Part shown: piece by piece, positions 59,301 through 64,000 of the stretch
How the letters are laid out: the number at the start of each line of letters is the position of its first letter
Numbering within the stretch: position 1 is the first letter of the stretch
DNA from: Nageia nagi
Taxonomy: Eukaryota > Plantae > Pinophyta
Direction of reading: 5' to 3'
Assembly: GCA_050084985.1 (NCBI GenBank)
Contig: JBITNC010000001.1
Coordinates: 205,468,001-205,532,000 of the forward strand
DNA length: 64,000 nt
Position numbers and translations under genes: made by a program
The notes under the pieces: generated by a model
Told to the model about the DNA's origin: nothing
The model's input: the letters and a program-made list of their open reading frames with translations, nothing else
Databases searched by the model: none

Positions 59301-61825
59301 TATGCAGCTCGAATAACATCATCAAGGTTCTTGGGTGAGGACACCTTGACCATTCCCTATAATGGCTCCATCAAATCCTTAATGAAGAGGAATGTAAACC
59401 ATTCTTCTAGAATGTGGTGGGTCATAACTACAATCTTTTTAAACCCCAATACATACTCATCCACCATTCCTTGCTACCTTAAGGATGTCATATCTCAAAA
59501 GTAGTCATTCTCCTTCTTCTGATCAAATCTCTTCACCAGTTTTCTTGTAAACTCATCACAAGAGATGATGAGTGAGTAATCTTGGCTAATTAGTTCATGT
59601 TGCCACCATTTGAGGGCATCACCCTCAAAGTGTAAATATGCAGAATGGATTACATCTTCCTCCACCATGTTTAGACTCAAGGTGAAGTAAGTTTACAGGT
59701 GATGCAACCATGCCCTAGTAATCATCTGCTTCCCATCATACATCTGCACTTATATTTTATTTATCATTTATTATAAGTCTCTCTTATTTCCCCACAAGTT
59801 GCTTAGGGTATGTGGACCATGTGTGCTACTCCCCTTCAACCATAAGATCTCTAAGTAGCTATTGAAGTTAACATCTCTCTTCAACTTGGGATCCAACATG
59901 TAATACTTCTTGAAAATCTGATTCAACTCTAGTGGGCTAGGAACCCTGTTCTTTACCTCCTCCCTTAACTTATTAGTGAATATGGGTTTGGATGGCTTAG
60001 GGATGATGGATTATTCTCCCATATTTCTAATATCCTCCTCCTAATATCTCCCTAAGAGAAATTAGTACCTTGTAGTGCTCGGTATGAATGGGGTCTTAGG
60101 AATGTGGGTATTGGATGATCCATAAATCCATGGTGAGTGGATTCTTGATCTTTCAAACTACGGGACCTATTCATACTTGGCTCCATGTCTATCCTATCCT
60201 ACTTATGTGGTTCTTCTTTATCATCTAGAATAGGATGTGGGGAGCTAATTTACCTCTCTATCTCCTCATGAACTCCCACATGCCTATTCAATTATTGCTA
60301 CATGATGGTGATGAATATTATCATGTTATTGATGGTTTAAATTAGCTCATTAAACTTTCATTTAGCTATGAAATATTGAACTAAAGTAGAGCTTCTCCTC
60401 CTAGTTGATGTTGATCTCTCTCTTAATGCATCCTCCTCTTCTCTGAATGCACCTTCATTCGATGCTTCATTCATCCATGTCAAACATTCTTCCTCTTGGA
60501 TAGCCTTAGAAGGTGTATCCTTTACCTGCAACATCTCACTCTTCTTGGTAGATGCCATCTCCTTATGAATGGTGGATCTAGTGTAATAGTAATGAATAAC
60601 TAGTAACATTCATAGGTTGGCCAGATCTAGGTTCTGATACCACTGTAAAGAATCAAAATACAATCTCAAGTGCAAATTAGCAAATTCAATTAAATAAACC
60701 CTAATGTCTAGTCTAGGGCATCTAGATAATGCATTCATCACCTAAATACGCTAACATCTGGCCAATATTAACTCATAATAATAATCACAAAGCTCATAAT
60801 GCCAATGTCTAGCTTACACATGCAACAATGGATAATCACACCTCAACGTTGCAAATATAGACAAGTGCATAATACAAATATGAGATCTAATGATCGATGG
60901 TTGTATATTGATATGAAATGAATTAAAATATAATACCACTCCCTAAAGGGCTTACATTAGCCTAAACGGAGCCAACTCAAACATAACATGTATCTTTAAA
61001 CCAGATAGATGGATGGGATAATGTTGCTCCCTTAGAACCCGAATCCTCTCCATCGAAGAAGCCCTCCTCTAATTGTAGTGGCCAATTGAATGGTATAAGC
61101 TCAACCTCGAAATACCACTAGATGGGTAAGGGTGCTACACCAATACTATAGACTAATAGGATACCTCAGCCTAATAACCATCCTATATGCTACACCTAAG
61201 GGTTTGCTTAGCATCACTAAGTCTTCTTATCCTTTGTATGGTATAAGAGTAATAATAATTAAGCATGTCTAGCTATGAGGCTCCAATTCCCTTTTATAAC
61301 ATGTGGTTGGATCTGGATCTCACCTAGGAATCATTCCTAACTCCTTTAATCCAATGGTAGCCTCATAAAAGGCCTAAAATACCCAACATGGGTGCCTAGG
61401 GATAAAGAATGCTAATATGGTAGGCTAGAGTACCATAAATGCCAACATGGGGGTTTGAGTGCCACACATATGTAATGTGGGTCTAGGAACCATGTGTGGG
61501 GGTTAAGTGTCATCATGGGCCAATGTGAGGGTCTAGGAGTCTCCCCAAGGTTGGTGCATGTATATAAGTTCTCATCCAATCTCCTAAGTGCTAAACAGAC
61601 CTTGGGATTCCCACAATCATGATCGAGATCTCCAAGTATAATAGAACTCCTATTCTATGCTTGGGAGGGAGACATCCCACTTGGGACTCACAATGGGGTC
61701 CATTAACCTATTAAGGCTTCTATCCCAAGTCCTAACTTAAAACATAACATAATAATAAAGTATGTTATAAAGTGGAATTCATAGAATTCCAAAATCAACT
61801 ATAATAATATAAGGGGGACATCACA
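56326..61825 (-). mobile_element. Element H: older non-autonomous gag + protease + repeat-ORF LTR element related to A and C
   Basis: LTRs 56326-57506 and 60644-61825 (visibly >10% divergent). TSD CACCA/CACTA. PBS (reverse of GTTCTGATACCA, 60631-60642) and PPT at 57507-57520. Gag 60610-59090, protease 58950-58510, 30-bp array ~57940-58400; no RT/IN. Confidence 0.92.
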
Positions 61826-62429
61826 CACTAGTTATATGCAAATGAAACATGTTCATGGGTGTGATCCTTATACCCTGTTATCAATTACAATTCAACTAAA
61901 TAATGTTTATGGGTGTGATTTCTATTTTATATTTGTGGGTATGATTTATGTATAAAGGTTATACAAGAACAAATACAAATCCTTATGGAGCAAAATTTTC
62001 ATTTCTATCACTAAATAACTCCAATAATCAAATTTGGAGAATAATGTTTAATAGATATATGATATAATTCCATCTAAAAAATTCTTGGTATTTATTTATT
62101 TATGGACATTATGAAATTTGCATCAACCTATAAAGAATAAATTACTACATGTCTGATGCAAATATAGGCACAAGATAATAGTATGAGTGCAAATAATATG
62201 ACCACATAAAATGATAAGGAAAGAGTAAAGTACAAAAAATGATAATGAAATAGGAAAGTACAATTAAGATTTGCTCTTCTTTCTTCATATGAGAGTACTA
62301 GATTACTTGTAAGCCCTTCTCTAACATTTATTATTTATTTAGACTTTTTTATTTCCTTCAAGTATTTATTTGAGGTATTTTTTCAAATAATTTGTGGGCC
62401 CTTTCAATGTATCTATTTTTATGTACTTC

Positions 62430-63080
62430 CTACATGAGACTACAATTTGATGAGCCATTTTATCAAACAATTCATGGGCCCTTTTTGAATATGTTTTATT
62501 GGCAGCAAACCCATTTTAATTATTTTTTGAATATTTCTAACCATGGACAATGCAAACTAAAAATTATGGACAATGCCAAGAATATCAATAATGCATGTAT
62601 AATGATTCATCCTAGGAATAATGCAATATGATAAACTCATGCTATTAAAGTATTTACAACACACATAGACTAGAGCTACATGGATGCATGCAAGTAGAAC
62701 ATATAAAAAGGTTATGTTGTTAGGGTTGGTCCCAAGTGCTTAATCAGATCGAAGAGTTTAAGGTCATCCTTATTGTACCCTTCAATTTTATGTTCTCCAA
62801 TCATTACAATTCATGAAATTATATTTGCATCATGCATCTTGTCAAATAATTTTCTCACCTTATGTATTCTTCAGAATTTTGTATACCTGTCGATTAGGGC
62901 ACTCTCAACCATGACATTTGATGCTAAACCATTTTTGAAGGTTATATGGTTTTTCTTTACACAAAATAATTACATCTTAAAAATATCTAAAGCCTTATCA
63001 AAAAACCAATTTTATGCATATCATGTGATCATTGCAGTTTATGAAATTGCATTTCAATTAGGCATAAATTTTTTATAAGA
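62430..63080 (-). pseudogene. PLS-class pentatricopeptide repeat (PPR) pseudogene fragment
   Basis: Minus strand reads NAIS*TAMIT*YA..DKALDIF; NVMVESALIDRYTK..KVRKLFDKMHDANIIS*IVMI; PNNITFLYVLLACIH..KYFNSMSLSYCIIPRMNHYTCIIDILG. Confidence 0.85.
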
Positions 63081-64000
63081 AACTCATTTATGTTATGTGT
63101 CTAAATATTGGTCCTTTAATAGATCTATGCCCATGTTAGATCCTTATTATAAATACAATCATTTTTTATTGATATTAAAAATTAAAGCAAGGTTTCGAAG
63201 ACCCCATTCCTTTACAATATTAGAAGTATTAGCACATTTGGGACATGGGCCTAAAAATTTGAAATCTAGATTCTCTCCCTAAAATAAGGAACCTCCACCT
63301 AAGAGAACTCTCCCAAGAGGAGGATCCTCAAAATATTCTTGAATATATCTATGTAAACACCTAAAAATGATCCTTCTTTAAAAATTTGAAAGAAAGATAA
63401 AAAATTAATACATTATTATAAAAGTTATAATAAATTATAAATGCTAGCTCTCAACTCTAAACATCAACAACCTAAGTCAGCTACCAACATCCGATCCTAG
63501 GACATCGATGACTCTACAATTATCAAAATCAAAATAAAATAGTGAGTTATTAGGTAATTCATTCCTTGAATTTATGGATTAGAAGTGAGTCATGGTCCAT
63601 TTTGTAATTTTACATGCAATACCACAACCAATTTGGGTTTGGGATGAGCTCTTGGACCAAGTTTCTAGCCTCCAAAATGTAAAATCTATTAAATTTTCAA
63701 ATCTATAAATAAAACTTTCAAGAATAAAGAAAGGGAATCAAATTCAAAGTAGGATTACTCTAAAAAAATGCATTTAGAGGTTTTGGAGAGTTAAGTACTT
63801 TAAGTATATGCTTGTTCATGAATTTGATTTTAGCACTTACATATTTTGATGTGAAAAAGTATGTTTGATAGTTATTTTTGGCATATGTGCAGGGTCCATA
63901 AGTGTTGAAGGATAGAGTACTAAAGTTCATCAAGGCATCAATCACCAGGAGACAATAAATCAAGATGAGAAAGAACATGGAAGGAGAATTAATAAAAGGT

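Overview
Eukaryotic, CpG-depleted, transposon-dense DNA with the look of a large seed-plant genome, probably a gymnosperm (inferred from kb-scale introns and nested old LTR elements, not from a database match). One host gene is recognisable on the minus strand: an AAF/SPA15-type senescence-associated chloroplast protein. Its coding exons lie at 29253-20585, a candidate 5' UTR exon sits about 24.6 kb upstream near 54 kb, and its 3' half is not in the window. There are two host-gene relics: an intronless ABCD transporter pseudogene split by an LTR element, and a PLS-type PPR pseudogene. The rest is two stacks of nested retroelements, most with verifiable 5-bp TSDs. Three RT-less chromovirus derivatives (A 3302-18203, C 7909-13560, H 56326-61825) carry a 30-bp/10-aa repeat ORF where pol should be; in A and H it is in frame with the protease. 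One near-intact Reina-like chromovirus (G 40529-47205) shares their cis signals. A family of very long TGTTG...CAACA units looks like giant solo LTRs (B ~3.9 kb and F2 ~6.9 kb net, plus four partial copies). F2 contains a ~1150-codon degenerate ORF, an array of inverted motifs and covarying hairpins. All identities and divergences are by-eye estimates.
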